From assembly GCA_010909165.1 (NCBI GenBank), contig MU008184.1, forward strand, positions 248,001 through 312,000: 64,000 nt of DNA, written 5' to 3'. Each line of letters starts with the position of its first letter. Within the stretch, counting starts at the first letter, position 1. Origin of the DNA: Anthoceros angustus (Eukaryota > Plantae > Anthocerotophyta). Under the pieces are notes generated by a model, which saw only the letters and a program-made list of their open reading frames with translations, did no database searches and was not told the DNA's origin. This document shows positions 39,501 through 51,560 of this stretch, one piece after another. The translations under genes and the position numbers were made by a program.

Positions 39501-40494
39501 CGGGCAAGGCTACGAAGATGGCTTACCACGCCATATGACCGCGCTGCATGAAGGGCAATGAAGGTGCAACAAGTGCAAGACGAAGGGCAACACTACACCT
39601 CAAGGAAGTGTACGAGATGGTCGACAAGATAGGGCTCACGACACTTTCTCTCGTGGCTGTGCAAGTGATTACTCCAAAGACAAGTAGGAGTGGTGGATTA
39701 CACCGACGCGGAGGTCGAGTGGAGGAGCTCGGCGAGACAAGCCACCCAGCCCCAAGTGACGAGCCCCGCGTGAGGTGCCGAGGGGACCATTCCCCGCGAG
39801 TAAGCATGCATTCGGAGGAGTCAAGGGTGAGGAGCCATGCCCTAGGTGTGGGAGGTACGGCACAATGAAGCGGCATGTTGGGAGAAGCATCCGAATTGCG
39901 GCCTACGGTTATCGAAAGAACCCCGCCAATGCATCCGCCCAACCTCATCCACAAAATCAAGAGCAAAGGCGCCGTGGAGGAGGCACCAAGTCCGTGGACA
40001 AAAGAAACGGAAGCATCAAAGAAGACGATGGATGCACGTGGCACGCCTTGCAAAGCCGGAGAAGTTGGTGCGGAAGGCGTAAGATCAAGGAGAGCGCAGC
40101 TCATCATCGAGGACTAAGAAGATGAGCACAAGCTTGATACATGGCGACCGTGACATCCAAGGGCAGGAAGAAACCTCCGCTACGAGAGAAGATAGCTCGA
40201 GGAAGAAGAGGATGTCTTGACACCGCAGGAAGACACGGAAGGAAGCTTGGGGATCCTCTTCCGAACCTATGCCAAGATGCCAAAGTCGCTTTGAGCCATT
40301 GCCAATGTGGAGCAACTATGGGAGCAACATCAAAGTCCAGTGGGCGATGTGGAGAAACCCATGCATGCAGATCAGACGATGATGGCACAAAAGCTCGAGA
40401 TGCCATGTTTTAGCCTACAAGACATGAGGTTGAGCGTGAAGGAAGTCGGGGTTTGACTCATGGATGTTGACAACCCTTGAAGACGGCAAGTTAC

Positions 40495-41995
40495 CAAAAC
40501 ATGATAATTTTTGAAGGGTGAATAATCAAGGAGGGTTTTCTCACAAACAATCTCGAAGGGGTTTTGATGGGCTAAATCGGCGTTTGAAGGCATTGCGAAG
40601 AGCCCAAAAAAGGTGTCACCCATGAAAGTTCTACTTTCCATCCAACAATGTTTGTGTCAATGGTGGTCGCAAACTCAACCTAGTCACGCAGCAGGGAATC
40701 TTGAGGAAGGCCAAAGCTCGCCTGGAAGGACATTGTAAACTCGCTTTGGGAGGAAAATGTGGTTTTGTTATGACACCACAAAATACAGGGTATTTCCTAA
40801 CATAGTAACATCAACGGACTTACAACATTAACTCGGGACCGGAAAACGGTAGTTTCTGGTCACTCATCAGAGTTCAACCTCTGCCATCACTTGGTCCAAA
40901 TTTTCTCCGCATTGTCATCACTAGCCTTTTAGCGGCACTTTGACTCGCAGTTGTATGAAGGTTACGCCTTCTCGCAGAGCTTATCCCTTATCGCTTTTGT
41001 CCACCGCATTGACAGTGGAGAGTACTTACACTCGACCGACCGGATCTTGGCTCGATTTTACTAAATGACGGCTTCTAGAGTTAGCCTTCATTCCAGGTTG
41101 TTTAAGAGTTAGCTGCTGAATTTTTGATGGAAGTGCCACGTGTGGGTGCGTGGAAGGGAGGCCATAATGGGCGCGGAGGGAGGCGCCCGGCCGGCGGCGC
41201 CCTCTCTATCCGCGCACCACTGTCGGGCATATGGTTGGTGGTGCGGGGAGGCGGCGGCCGGCCGGCGCCTCCCTCCGCCGCACCACCAGCCGTAGGCCCA
41301 ACACGAGTGGCGGTGGAGGGAGGCGGCCGGCGGCGCCTCCCCTAGCACCACCGTCGGGGTTTACTGCAGTGGCAGCTGGAGGATGGCGCCCGGCGGCGCC
41401 CTCCCTCCAGCACCACCCGTAGGTGGGCCTCGCAGGTGCTTGAGATAGGGCGCTGCCGGCGGCACCCTCCTCACACGCCACCGTCGGTGGGTCTACGGGT
41501 GGTGTTTGAGGCGGCGGGCGCCGGCCGGCGCCTCCCCTAGGCGCGCACCATTTGCCCACCCTACGGGTGGTTCACGCGTGGGGAGGCGCGCAGCGGCCCG
41601 GCTGCGCCCTCCTCCACGCCACCGTCGGTGGGTCTGGTGGTGTTTGAGGCGGCGGCCGGCCGGCGGCGCCCTCTCTAGCGCGCACCATCTGTTGCCCACC
41701 CTACGGGTGGTTCACGCGTGGGGAGGCGGCGGCCGGCGGCCGGCGCCCTCCCTCCGCGCCACTCGTCGGTGGGCCTACGGGTGGCGGGGCGGGCGCCGGC
41801 GCCCTCCCTTCTTTCCACCGTCGGTGCAGTGGTGGGCTAGGGAGGCGGCCGGCGGTAGCGCCTCAGCATGCTGCTCATGGGCGTCGGCCGGCGCCTCCTA
41901 ACTCCACCACGCCCATGGGCGGCCGGCCGGCGTCCTCCCCTAGCACACCAACATGGGCGCCGGCCGGCCGTCCTCCCCTAGCACACCTGCCTGCA
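40495..41995 (-). mobile_element. Second copy of family X (inverted relative to 8135-9660) with an expanded GC-rich GGCCGGCGCC array; more array segments at ~43175-43260 and ~44340-44975
   Basis: Reverse-complement similarity to 9110-9660 and 8148-8400. Confidence 0.65.
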
Positions 41996-41999
41996 AAAG

Positions 42000-44900
42000 G
42001 ATGAGCGGATTGCCCGCATCCCTTTGCAACATGGCAAGGATCATGAGAACCTCATTGCCAGCGTCTACCCGGTGTTTGGCGCCGTGGTGAAGGACATGCC
42101 ATACGTGCTTGAACCTCTTGGCGTCAATACAGCTAGAGGAGGAGGAAGACAAGCTAGGGTTGCAACCACCCTCGGAGGAGGTTCTTCAAGTCGGTCTGAA
42201 ATGGTGACTGCAGAAGGAGCCGTGCAAAAGCGGTGGAGGATGGTGCAAGAGGTGTCCTATGAGCCGAGAACCGCCCGAAGCCTTGCCTAGGGTTGAGCCT
42301 GTTTGTGACCTAAACACCCGGTCATCACATGGTGACCCTCGGAGGAGGTTCTTCAAGTCACGGTCGGAGTGGTGGCTGACAATGAGCCGTGCAAAAGCTG
42401 TGGAGGATGGTGCAAGAGGTGTCCTATGAGGGAGGCTGCGTAAGTTCTTGCCTAGGGTTGAGCTGTTTGTGACCTAAACACCCGGTCATCACATGGCGAC
42501 CTCGGGAAGGCGGCATAGTGCTCGTGGAACTCTTTGGAGGCAAAGAGACGCCAGCAAGTAGTGTGCATCAAGTGCGAAGATCGTGCATTGTGATCAGATC
42601 CAAAAGCAAGGATTGTGCCGGTTGCGTAAGGGACTTGATGGGGAGTACCTAACCTCCCACGGGAGTTAGTGAAGGGTTACAGCGCCGATGGATGTTCGCA
42701 TGATAGGGTTGTCCCATTTGAGTTGTCTTGGGCAAATCATGGACCTTGTCATCGCAGTTGGGAGTCAAGGACTATCCTCTCGCAGTAAGGGTCAAGGTCG
42801 AAGGATCCACGACAAAGATTGTTATGACTCGAAGCGAGGATCTTGCGCTTGATCCGTAAAGGGCAAGAAAGGCCTTGTGGATACATGTTGGAGAATGTGC
42901 CGGCATGCATGAGCGTGAAGAAGCAAGTCCGGGAGGACTTTGCCACGATCCGAGTGTTAATGTGAGCTTCTATTGGATGCACTCAATTTGGTTCGAGGGC
43001 TCATAGGTTGAGGTCCATGTGGACTAACCTTGCTCCCTTGGAACATTTGAAGTGTGCGAGGTCGTTCACCAAGCGACCTAATCATGTTGTCAAGGATGTG
43101 CTAGCATCGGAAGGCATGCCCAACAAGTCATCAAGATCGACAAGCCGTGCCAGACTTCGTGAACACTCGGACACCCCATGGGCGGCCGGCCGGCGGCCAG
43201 CTTTCCCCTTGCATGGGCGCCCGGCCGGCCGGCGTCCTCCCCTAGCACACCTGCCCAAAGCCCAGTGAGCGGATTGCCCGCATCCCTTTGCGGTACATAG
43301 CAGGATCATGAGAACCTCATTGCCAGCAGCGTCTACCCGGTGTTTGGCGCCGTGGTGAAGGACACGCCATCGTGCTTGAACCTCTTGGCGTGTGTCTAAC
43401 AACAGCAAGGCGAGGAGGAGGAGGAAGACAAGCTAGGGTTGCAACCACCCTCGGAGGTTCTTCAAGTCGGTCGGGGGTGGCTGACAATGAGCCGTGCAAA
43501 AGGCATGGAGGATGGTGCAAGAGGTGTCCTATGGGAGGCTGCATAAGTTCTTGCCTAGGGTTGAGCTGTTTGTGACCTAAACACCCGGTCATCACATGGC
43601 GACCTCGGGAAGGCGGCATAGTGCTCGTGGAACTCTTTGGAGGCATCGATCCGGCTTGGGCAGTGCTAAAGTGTGGCATCAAAGTGCGAAGATTTGTGAC
43701 CCGGATCCAAGGATTGTGCGAGCGTAAGAGACTTGATGGGGAGTACCTAACCTCGGCGTGGGAGTCGGTGAAGGGTTACGAGCGCTGCGATGGATGTTCG
43801 CATGATAGGGTTGTCCCATTTGAGTTGTCTTGGGCAGCGGTGGACCTTGTCATCGCGGGTTGGGAGTGTCAAGGACTATCCTCTGCGAGGCAAGGGTCAA
43901 GGTCGAAGGATCCTGAGCGGCATTGTTCTATGACTGATGAGGATCTTGCGCTTGATCGAGAAAGGGCAAGAAAGGCCTTGTGGATACATGTTGGAGAATG
44001 TGCCGGCATGCATGGCGTGAAGAAGCAAGTCGGAGGACTTTGCCACGATCCGAGTGTTGGGTCGGGAGCTTCTATTGGATGCACTCAATTTGGTTCGAGG
44101 GCTCATAGGTTGAGGTCCATGTGGACTAACCTTGCTCCCTTGGAACATTTGAAGTGTCTTGGTCGTTCACCAAGCGACCTAATCATGTTGTCAAGGATGT
44201 GCTAGCATCGGCATGCCCAACAAGTCATCAAGGCGACAAGCGCACTTCCTGTGAACACGCTGGACACCCCATGGCGGCGGCAGCCAACCTTTGTGTCCAA
44301 GTCCAAGTCTTACGCCTTGGAACCATGCCCTGGCATTGGTGGTGCGGGGAGGCGGCGGCCGGCGGCGCCCTCCCTCCAGCACCACCAACCCGTCATCCCA
44401 AGGCAGTGAGTGTGGAGGGAGGCGGCCGGCGCCTCCCGCGCACCACCGTCGGGGTTTACGCAGGTGGTGGCAGCGGAGGATGGCGCCCGGTGGTGGCGCC
44501 CGCCTCGCGCACCACCCGTAGGTGGGCCTCGGTAGGAGTGCTTGTGAGATAGGCCCCGGCCGGCGCCCTCCTCCACGCCACCGTCGGTGGGTCTACGGGT
44601 GGTGTTTGAGGCGGCCGGCCGGCGCCCTCTCTAGCGCGCACCATTTGCCCACCCTACGGGTGGTTCACGCGTGGGGAGGCGCGAGCGGCCCGGCTGCGCC
44701 CTCCTCCCTCCGCCCGCCGTCGGTGGGCCTACTGGATGCTTGTGGAGGGCGGGCGCCGGCCGGCCGGCGCCCTCCTTAGCTTTCCCACCAGTCAGAGGCA
44801 CGAGTGGAGCTGGGGAGGCGGCCGGCGGGCGCCCTCCCGGCATGTCTCCTGCTCATGGGCGTCGGCCGGCGGCGCCTCCTAACTCCACCACGCCCATGGG

Positions 44901-47900
44901 CGGCCGGCCGGCGGCCAGCTTTCCCCTTGCATGGGCGCCCGGCCGGCCGGCGTCCTCCCCTAGCACACCTGCCCAAAGCCCAGTGAGCGGATTGCCCGCA
45001 TCCCTTTGCGGTACATAGCAGGATCATGAGAACCTCATTGCCAGCAGCGTCTACCCGGTGTTTGGCGCCGTGGTGAAGGACACGCCATCGTGCTTGAACC
45101 TCTTGGCGTGTGTCTAACAACAGCAAGGCGAGGAGGAGGAGGAAGACAAGCTAGGGTTGCAACCACCCTCGGAGGTTCTTCAAGTCGGTCGGGGGTGGCT
45201 GACAATGAGCCGTGCAAAAGGCATGGAGGATGGTGCAAGAGGTGTCCTATGGGAGGCTGCATAAGTTCTTGCCTAGGGTTGAGCTGTTTGTGACCTAAAC
45301 ACCCGGTCATCACATGGCGACCTCGGGAAGGCGGCATAGTGCTCGTGGAACTCTTTGGAGGCAAAGAGACGCCAGCAAGTAGTGTGCATCAAGTGCGAAG
45401 ATCGTGCATTGTGATCAGATCCAAAAGCAAGGATTGTGCCGGTTGCGTAAGGGACTTGATGGGGAGTACCTAACCTCCCACGGGAGTTAGTGAAGGGTTA
45501 CAGCGCCGATGGATGTTCGCATCGATAGGGTTGTCCCATTTGAGTTGTCTTGGGCAAATCATGGACCTTGTCATCGCAGTTGGGAGTCAAGGACTATCCT
45601 CTCGCAGTAAGGGTCAAGGTCAAGGATCCACGAACAAAGATTGTTTATGACTCGAAGCGAGGATCTTGCGCTTGATCCGTAAAGGGCAAGAAAGGCCTTG
45701 TGGATACATGATAGAGAATGTGCCGGCATGCATGAGCGTGAAGAAGCAAGTCCGGGAGGACTTTGCCACGATCCGAGTGTTAATGTGAGCTTCTATTGGA
45801 TGCACTCAATTTGGTTCGAGGGCTCATAGGTTGAGGTCCATGTGGACTAACCTTGCTCCCTTGGAACATTTGAAGTGTGCGAGGTCGTTCACCAAGCGAC
45901 CTAATCATGTTGTCAAGGATGTGCTAGCATCGGAAGGCATGCCCAACAAGTCATCAAGATCGACAAGCCGTGCCAGACTTCGTGAACACTCGGACACCCC
46001 ATGGCGGCCACGGCGTCCTCCCCTAGCCCATGCAGCCCGGTGAGATTGCCCGCATCCCTTTGCAACGGTGCATGGCAAGGATCATGAGAACCTCATTGCC
46101 AGCGTCTACCCGGTGTTTGGCGCCGTGGTGAAGGACACGCCATACGTGCTTGAACCTCTTGGCGTGTGTCTAACGATGGAGGAGGAGGACAAGCTAGGGT
46201 TGCAACCACCCTCGGAGGAGGTTCTTCAAGTCACCGGACGGAGCTGGTGGCTGACAATGAGCCGTGCAAAAGGTGGAGGATGGTGCAAGAGGTGTCCTAT
46301 GAGCCGGAGAACTGCATGAGTTCTTGCCTAGGGTTGAGCTGTTTGTGACCTAAACACCGGTCATCACATGGCGACCTCGGGAAGGCGGCATAGTGCTCGT
46401 GGAACTCTTTGGAGGCATCGGTCGGCTTGGGCGGTGCTAAAGTGTGGCATCAAAGTGCGAAGATCGTGCATTGTGACCCGGATCCAAAAGCAAGGATTGT
46501 GTCAGGCGTGTAAGGGACTTGATGGGGAGTACCTAACCTCGGCGTGGGAGTCGGTGAAGGGTTACGGGCGATGGATGTTCGCATGATAGGGTTGTCCCAT
46601 TTGAGTTGTCTTGGGCAGCGGTGGACCTTGTCATCGCGGGTTGGGAGTGTCAAGGACTATCCTCTGCGAGGCAAGGGTCAAGGTCGAAGGATCCACGAAC
46701 AGCATTGTTCTATGACTGATGAGGATCTTGCGCTTGATCGAGAAAGGGCAAGAAAGGCCTTGTGGATACATGTTGGAGAATGTGCCGGCATGCATGGCGT
46801 GAAGAAGCAAGTCGGGAGGACTTTGCCACGATCCGAGTGTTGGGTCGGGAGCTTCTATTGGATGCGGCTCAATTTGGTTCGAGGGCTCATAGGTTGAGGT
46901 CCATGTGGACTAACCTTGCTCCCTTGGAACATTTGAAGTGTCTTGCGAGGTCGTTCACCAAGCGACCTAATCATGTTGTCAAGGATGTGCTAGCATCGGA
47001 AGGCATGCCCAACAAGTCATCAAGGCGACAAGCGCACTTCGTGAACACGCCTGGACACCCCATGGCGGCTTGGCCAACCTTTGTGTCCAAGTCCAAGTCT
47101 TATGCCTTCAGGAACCATGCCCCTGGCATTGTGGTGGACAGATATGGCGAGGCCTTGGGAGAGCGAACAGCCATAGAGAGGGAGTTGGCCATGGGATTTG
47201 CAGCCGGAGCCACGAAGACACCGGGAGTGACCGAGAAGGAACAGTGTCGATTGCTTGGGCAAGTATTTGATATGAACATGATGACTTGGTTGTTTAGCGC
47301 TGGAGTCGCTTACCAACTTCGAAACCAGAAGAAGGCGAGGTTGAAGCAGCGGGTTCGGTGGGTGAAGGACATTCCAACACTCGCATCTCTCAGAGAAGGC
47401 GAGTTTGGAGGGCAAGGAGAGTGACCACGAGAGGAAGGCGTGCCATCCGTGAGCCACGCCACATGAGTGGTTAGCGCCGAGTTGAAGAGCAATCAATGGC
47501 GCCACAAAGGAGTTGTTGGAGGCATCGCGACATGTGTTTGCTTTCACGCTTGCGGAGATGGGGAAGTACACCAAGGGAAGTTCCACATAGAACTAATCAA
47601 GGATGAACCATTGTTCCGCAGGGAGGCACAGTGCCCGTGAAGAAAATGGCGAGCAACTGGCGGGGGAGAGTAGTCCACATGTAAAGATGAGGATCTTGCG
47701 CTTGATCCGTAAAGGGCAAGAAAGGCCTTGTGGATACATGTTGGAGAATGTGCCAAGATGCATGAGCGTGAAGAAGCAAGTCCAGGAGGACTTTGCCACG
47801 ATCCGAGGAGTGTTGGGTCGGGAGCTTCTATTGGATGCAATTTGGTTCGAGGGCTCATAGGTTGAGGTCCATGTGGACTAACCTTGCTCCCTTGGAACAT

Positions 47901-48600
47901 TTGAAGTGTGCGAGGTCGTTCACCAAGCGACCTAATCATGTTGTCAAGGATGTGCTAGCATCGGAAGGCATGCCCAACAAGTCATCAAGATCGACAAGCC
48001 GCCAGACTGTGAACACGGACACCCCATGGCGGCTTGGCCAACCTTGTGTCCAAGTCCAAGTCTTACGCCTTCAGAACCATGGCCCCGTTGTGGTGGAGAC
48101 ATGGCGAGGCCTTGGGAGAGCCAGCCCAGAGAGGAGGGAGTTGGCCATGGGATTTGCCGAGCCACGAAGACACCGGAGTGACCGAGAAGGAACTGTCGAT
48201 TGCTTGGGCAAGCATTTGATATGAACATGATGACTGGTTGTTTAGCTGGGTCGCTTACCAACTTCAAACCAAGAAGGCGGGGTTGAAGGGTGAAGGATAT
48301 TCCAACACTCGCATCTCAACAGGAGAAGGCGAGTTTGGAGGGCAAGGAGAGTGACCACGAGAGGAAGCGTGCCATCGAGCCACGCCACATGAGTGGTTAA
48401 CGCGCCGAGTTGAAGAGCAATCAACGCCGCCTAAAGGAGTTGTTGGAGGCATCGCGACATGTGTTTGCTTTCACGCTTGCGGAGATGGGGAAGTACACCA
48501 AGGGAAGTTCCACATAGAACTAATCAAGGATGAACCATTCAGAGGCACAGCTCGTGAAGGCAAGAAGAAAATGGCGAGCAACAGCGGGGGAGAGTAGTCC
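42000..48600 (+). mobile_element. About five tandem, degenerate copies of a Ty3/gypsy pol segment encoding a Dnmt3-like cytosine-C5 methyltransferase followed by the pre-RT linker (copies ~42000-43175, 43265-44340, 44980-46010, 46035-47640, 47685-48600)
   Basis: Best copy: IVLVELFGGIG 46390-46422; VDLVIAGWECQGLS 46621-46662; YMLENV 46767-46784; LLDAAQFGSRAHRLRSMWTNL ~46855-46917; ERELAMGF ~47175-47200; CRLLGQVFD ~47245-47271; then ELLEASRHVFAFTLAEMGKY..FHIELIKDEPLFR ~47510-47620. Confidence 0.85.
46390..47424 (+). pseudogene. Most complete Dnmt3-like C5-DNA methyltransferase domain copy (frameshifted in the N-terminal half)
   Basis: Motifs I, IV, V, VI, VIII, IX, X occur in canonical order. 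The C-terminal half is open in ORF 46762..47424. Confidence 0.85.
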
Positions 48601-48767
48601 ACATGACAGCCCATAGGATGTCAAGACAACCTCCACTCATGGACAAGGTTCATAACCTTTGGACGACATTCTGGTTGAGATTGGTTTTGTGCACAATGCG
48701 CTACATGAGCGTGATGGTGAAGTCTCATTAATGATAATGTTTTGACTTAGAGTCTCACATTATCGGG

Positions 48768-50843
48768 GATTGGTTGCACCTATATATCTGCGTATTAGAT
48801 TTGTTTGCTTATTGTTGGTTGGGAAGTGCTTATATGAATTCAAGTGCTTGTGTGACAAAGACCGATGCAAGCGGTGGAGCCAAGGACCGTGCAAAACCCG
48901 TGGAGGAGGATTGGGAGGGCATTCGGGATGGCATTAGGATGGCATTATTGAATGGACCCCTCACCACCAAGGGAAATTTGGGAAGAAATTCGCCTCGTTG
49001 TTGACTGTAATTTCGAGAGTAGGCCCCAGCGGCTGCCGCCAGCGGAGCAGTCACGCCGTGAGTGAGCGGCAAAGGCGGCAGATCGACTGGCGCTCAATGG
49101 AGCCACGCCGGACCCCGGACGGAGGGTCGGAAGAAAATGGCGGTGGTGATAGCCACCAGACCCGCGGCATCGGTACCACTGCCGATGAATGAAGAGTGGG
49201 CTTAGACGGAGTTGGTGGTCCGCCGGGCGGAGCGGACACTGGCAGCAGCCGCACAGATGGCAACAACATCGACCAAGCAAGCGTACTCCCTCTTTGGAGG
49301 TAAGAAGGAGAGAGACGCGGAAACCTTCGTGGAGGATTTCGTGTCTCGGGCAAACTTCAACGGAGAAGGTTTGATGCGCAGCTTATCCATTGTTCAAGGG
49401 TCCTTGGGGCTCGATGGTACCGAGGAAGTACCGCCCAGGCACTCCCTGCGACCTTGAGCATTGAAGGATGCCTTCTTGGAAAGATTCCGTGGAATTGATC
49501 AAGAAGGCTACGTCTGTCCAAACTCGAGAACCTGAAGCGAGGCAAGACGGAGAAGTTGGGATCGTACATCGAACGGTTCTACGCTCTTCGGGACCGGCAT
49601 CCCACCCACACCACCATGCAGGCGGTACGTTGGTTCGCAGCTGGCTTACCCAAGCCAATGGCTAAGCACGTGCTGCTGTTGGCAGAGAAGGATGTGAGCA
49701 AGGCGGTCCGAGCGGCGGAGAACTACGAAGAATCGATGCACCAACGACGGCCGAGGACGCCTCCAGGAGGAAAGAAGAAAAAGAAGAAACGGGGGTCGGA
49801 ATCCGAAGATGAAGAACCCTCGGAAGAGGAGGATGATGAAACCGAGGTAGCATCGGAGGAAGAGGAAGAAGACTCCGAAGAAGAATCCGAGGATGCCATG
49901 GAAGAGGAAGAACCTCGCCGAAGGAATAAGAAGAAAAAGCCCGTAGTCAAGCGGAGGGTTGAGAAGAAGGAGGTTATGATGCCTGCACCGGTGCGAGAGG
50001 TCCCGCCTGACCCAGCCCCTTTGAAAGAAGTAGCGGGGTTGAGGGAAGATCTAGGAACGGGTAATGAAGAGGGTGGAGGTTGACGATCAACGGGTGAAGG
50101 ATAGAACCATGAAGGCGGCCTGCAGTTCGGACCATCTATGGTGTGCGGTGTGCCACCAACATGGGCATTCGAAGGCTAACTGCCCCTCCAGACCCGTAAA
50201 CCAGGTGGAGTATGACTACGGGGAAGAGTCCAGAGCGAGTGTGGGAAGACGCATACCAAGTGCAGAAGCTCGGACGCGGTATCCCAAAACGATGTACCCT
50301 ACGGCGGGCTATCCGTGCATCGACCCCGTCTGACCGCATGGGAGCCTCCGGAATTCAGGCGGCGGGTGATCTGGGAACCGGGCACTACTCCAACGCGTGT
50401 CCATACCCCACTCGGCAAGGTAACGGGGATTTTGAACGCCTGTGTGGAGATTGCAAGCAGGCAGGGCACATGGCAGGCAGTACCTTGTGTCCGAATCCTC
50501 GTTCGAGGACGGTGCGCTATGCCACCCCGGCGGGGGAGCCACGACCACCTACGCCCCTCTCCCTAAGGCTGCGCCGGTGCTACAGATTGAAGATGCACAG
50601 CTGGCGGAGTGGGAAGAGGAACTTGGGACGGAGTGGTACGAAGCGAGTTCGGCTAAGGAGGAGAAGGCAGACCTGGAGGTACTGGAAGTGTCAACCCGAA
50701 GCCGCCGAAAGGAGCGAAAGGAGAGGAGACAGTTAAAGAGGAAGAAAAATGGGGAGAGCCCAACGGATACGGAGGACGGGACACCCGCGAAGGAGGGAGA
50801 TCCAGCCAAGGAAGGCGAGTTGAATCGGGCAGCTGTGGAGTGA
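48768..50843 (+). mobile_element. LTR 3' end (48768-48857, family Y), leader and frameshifted Ty3/gypsy-type gag (~49257-50843) with three CCHC-like zinc knuckles
   Basis: 48770-48857 matches the reverse complement of 58502-58595 and ends TGTGACA. gag motifs: YSLFGGKKERDAETFVEDF, GSYIERFYAL, WFAAGL; knuckles WCAVCHQHGHSKANC, GHYSNACP, LCGDCKQAGHMAGSTLC. Confidence 0.8.
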
Positions 50844-51163
50844 TTTTCTAAACCAAGTGGTCACAAAGAGGCCACATTTACCCTCTTTATCGTTGTAGAC
50901 TTGAGATTCGTACCCAAGGGAGTGATTTCGTGTCAAGACAACCAAAACATAGCCAATCCAACCAAAACATGACACACCAAACATCTAGCGACAGACCCCT
51001 AACAACACTCGGACACATGGCTATCTTAGCCACGACCGATGCCACCCCGAACGGAGACGGTTGCTAACTTAGCAACCGCCTCTATTTCTAGCGAGGGGTC
51101 CACCTTGGGATCAGTCGGCTATTAATAGGTGGGTCCCAAGTCGGGATCCAAGTGGATAAAGGT

Positions 51164-51165
<2 letters not shown>

Positions 51166-51196
<31 letters not shown>
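51166..51196. repeat. (CT)n microsatellite
   Basis: Directly visible. Confidence 0.9.
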
Positions 51197-51199
<3 letters not shown>

Positions 51200-51291
51200 T
51201 CATCCACAAAGTTAGATCCACCAATCGATTACCGCTCATAACTCCCTCCTCCTCTCACTCTTGGGCACTTCTTGACTTCCTTGCCCCCTCT

Positions 51292-51560
51292 CAGCCTTTC
51301 AGCTCACCTTCCAACCCCATACCAACACCTCCAGTTTCATCACACTCTCCAAGTTCCCCAGAACTCTCTCAACCTCCTTGTTCTCACTCCTCACCGCCCA
51401 CCTCCACTTCCACACCACCTCTTCCTTACAAGGTTCTCATCCAGCCTTTCAGCTCACCTTCCAACCCCATACCAACACCTTGTGTTTTCATCACCCTCCA
51501 AGTTCCCCAGAACCTCCTCAACCCTCCTTGTTCTCACTCCTCACCATTCGACCTCCACTT
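51292..51560. repeat. 150-bp pyrimidine-rich tandem duplication
   Basis: CAGCCTTTCAGCTCACCTTCCAACCCCATACCAACACC at 51292 and 51442. Confidence 0.8.

Noticed and set aside
36200-40400. Host gene in the coding-like stretches flanking the 37020 LTR
   Set aside because: Fragmented and duplicated, with no motif I can identify; left unassigned.
46390-47424. Host DNMT3/DRM gene or bacterial contaminant methyltransferase
   Set aside because: Intronless, multicopy and followed by a gypsy pre-RT linker. Motif order is not circularly permuted as in DRM, and there is no bacterial gene context.
48619-50943. Shared 13-mer TGTCAAGACAACC (~48619, ~50931) as paired LTR starts
   Set aside because: Similarity does not extend beyond the word.
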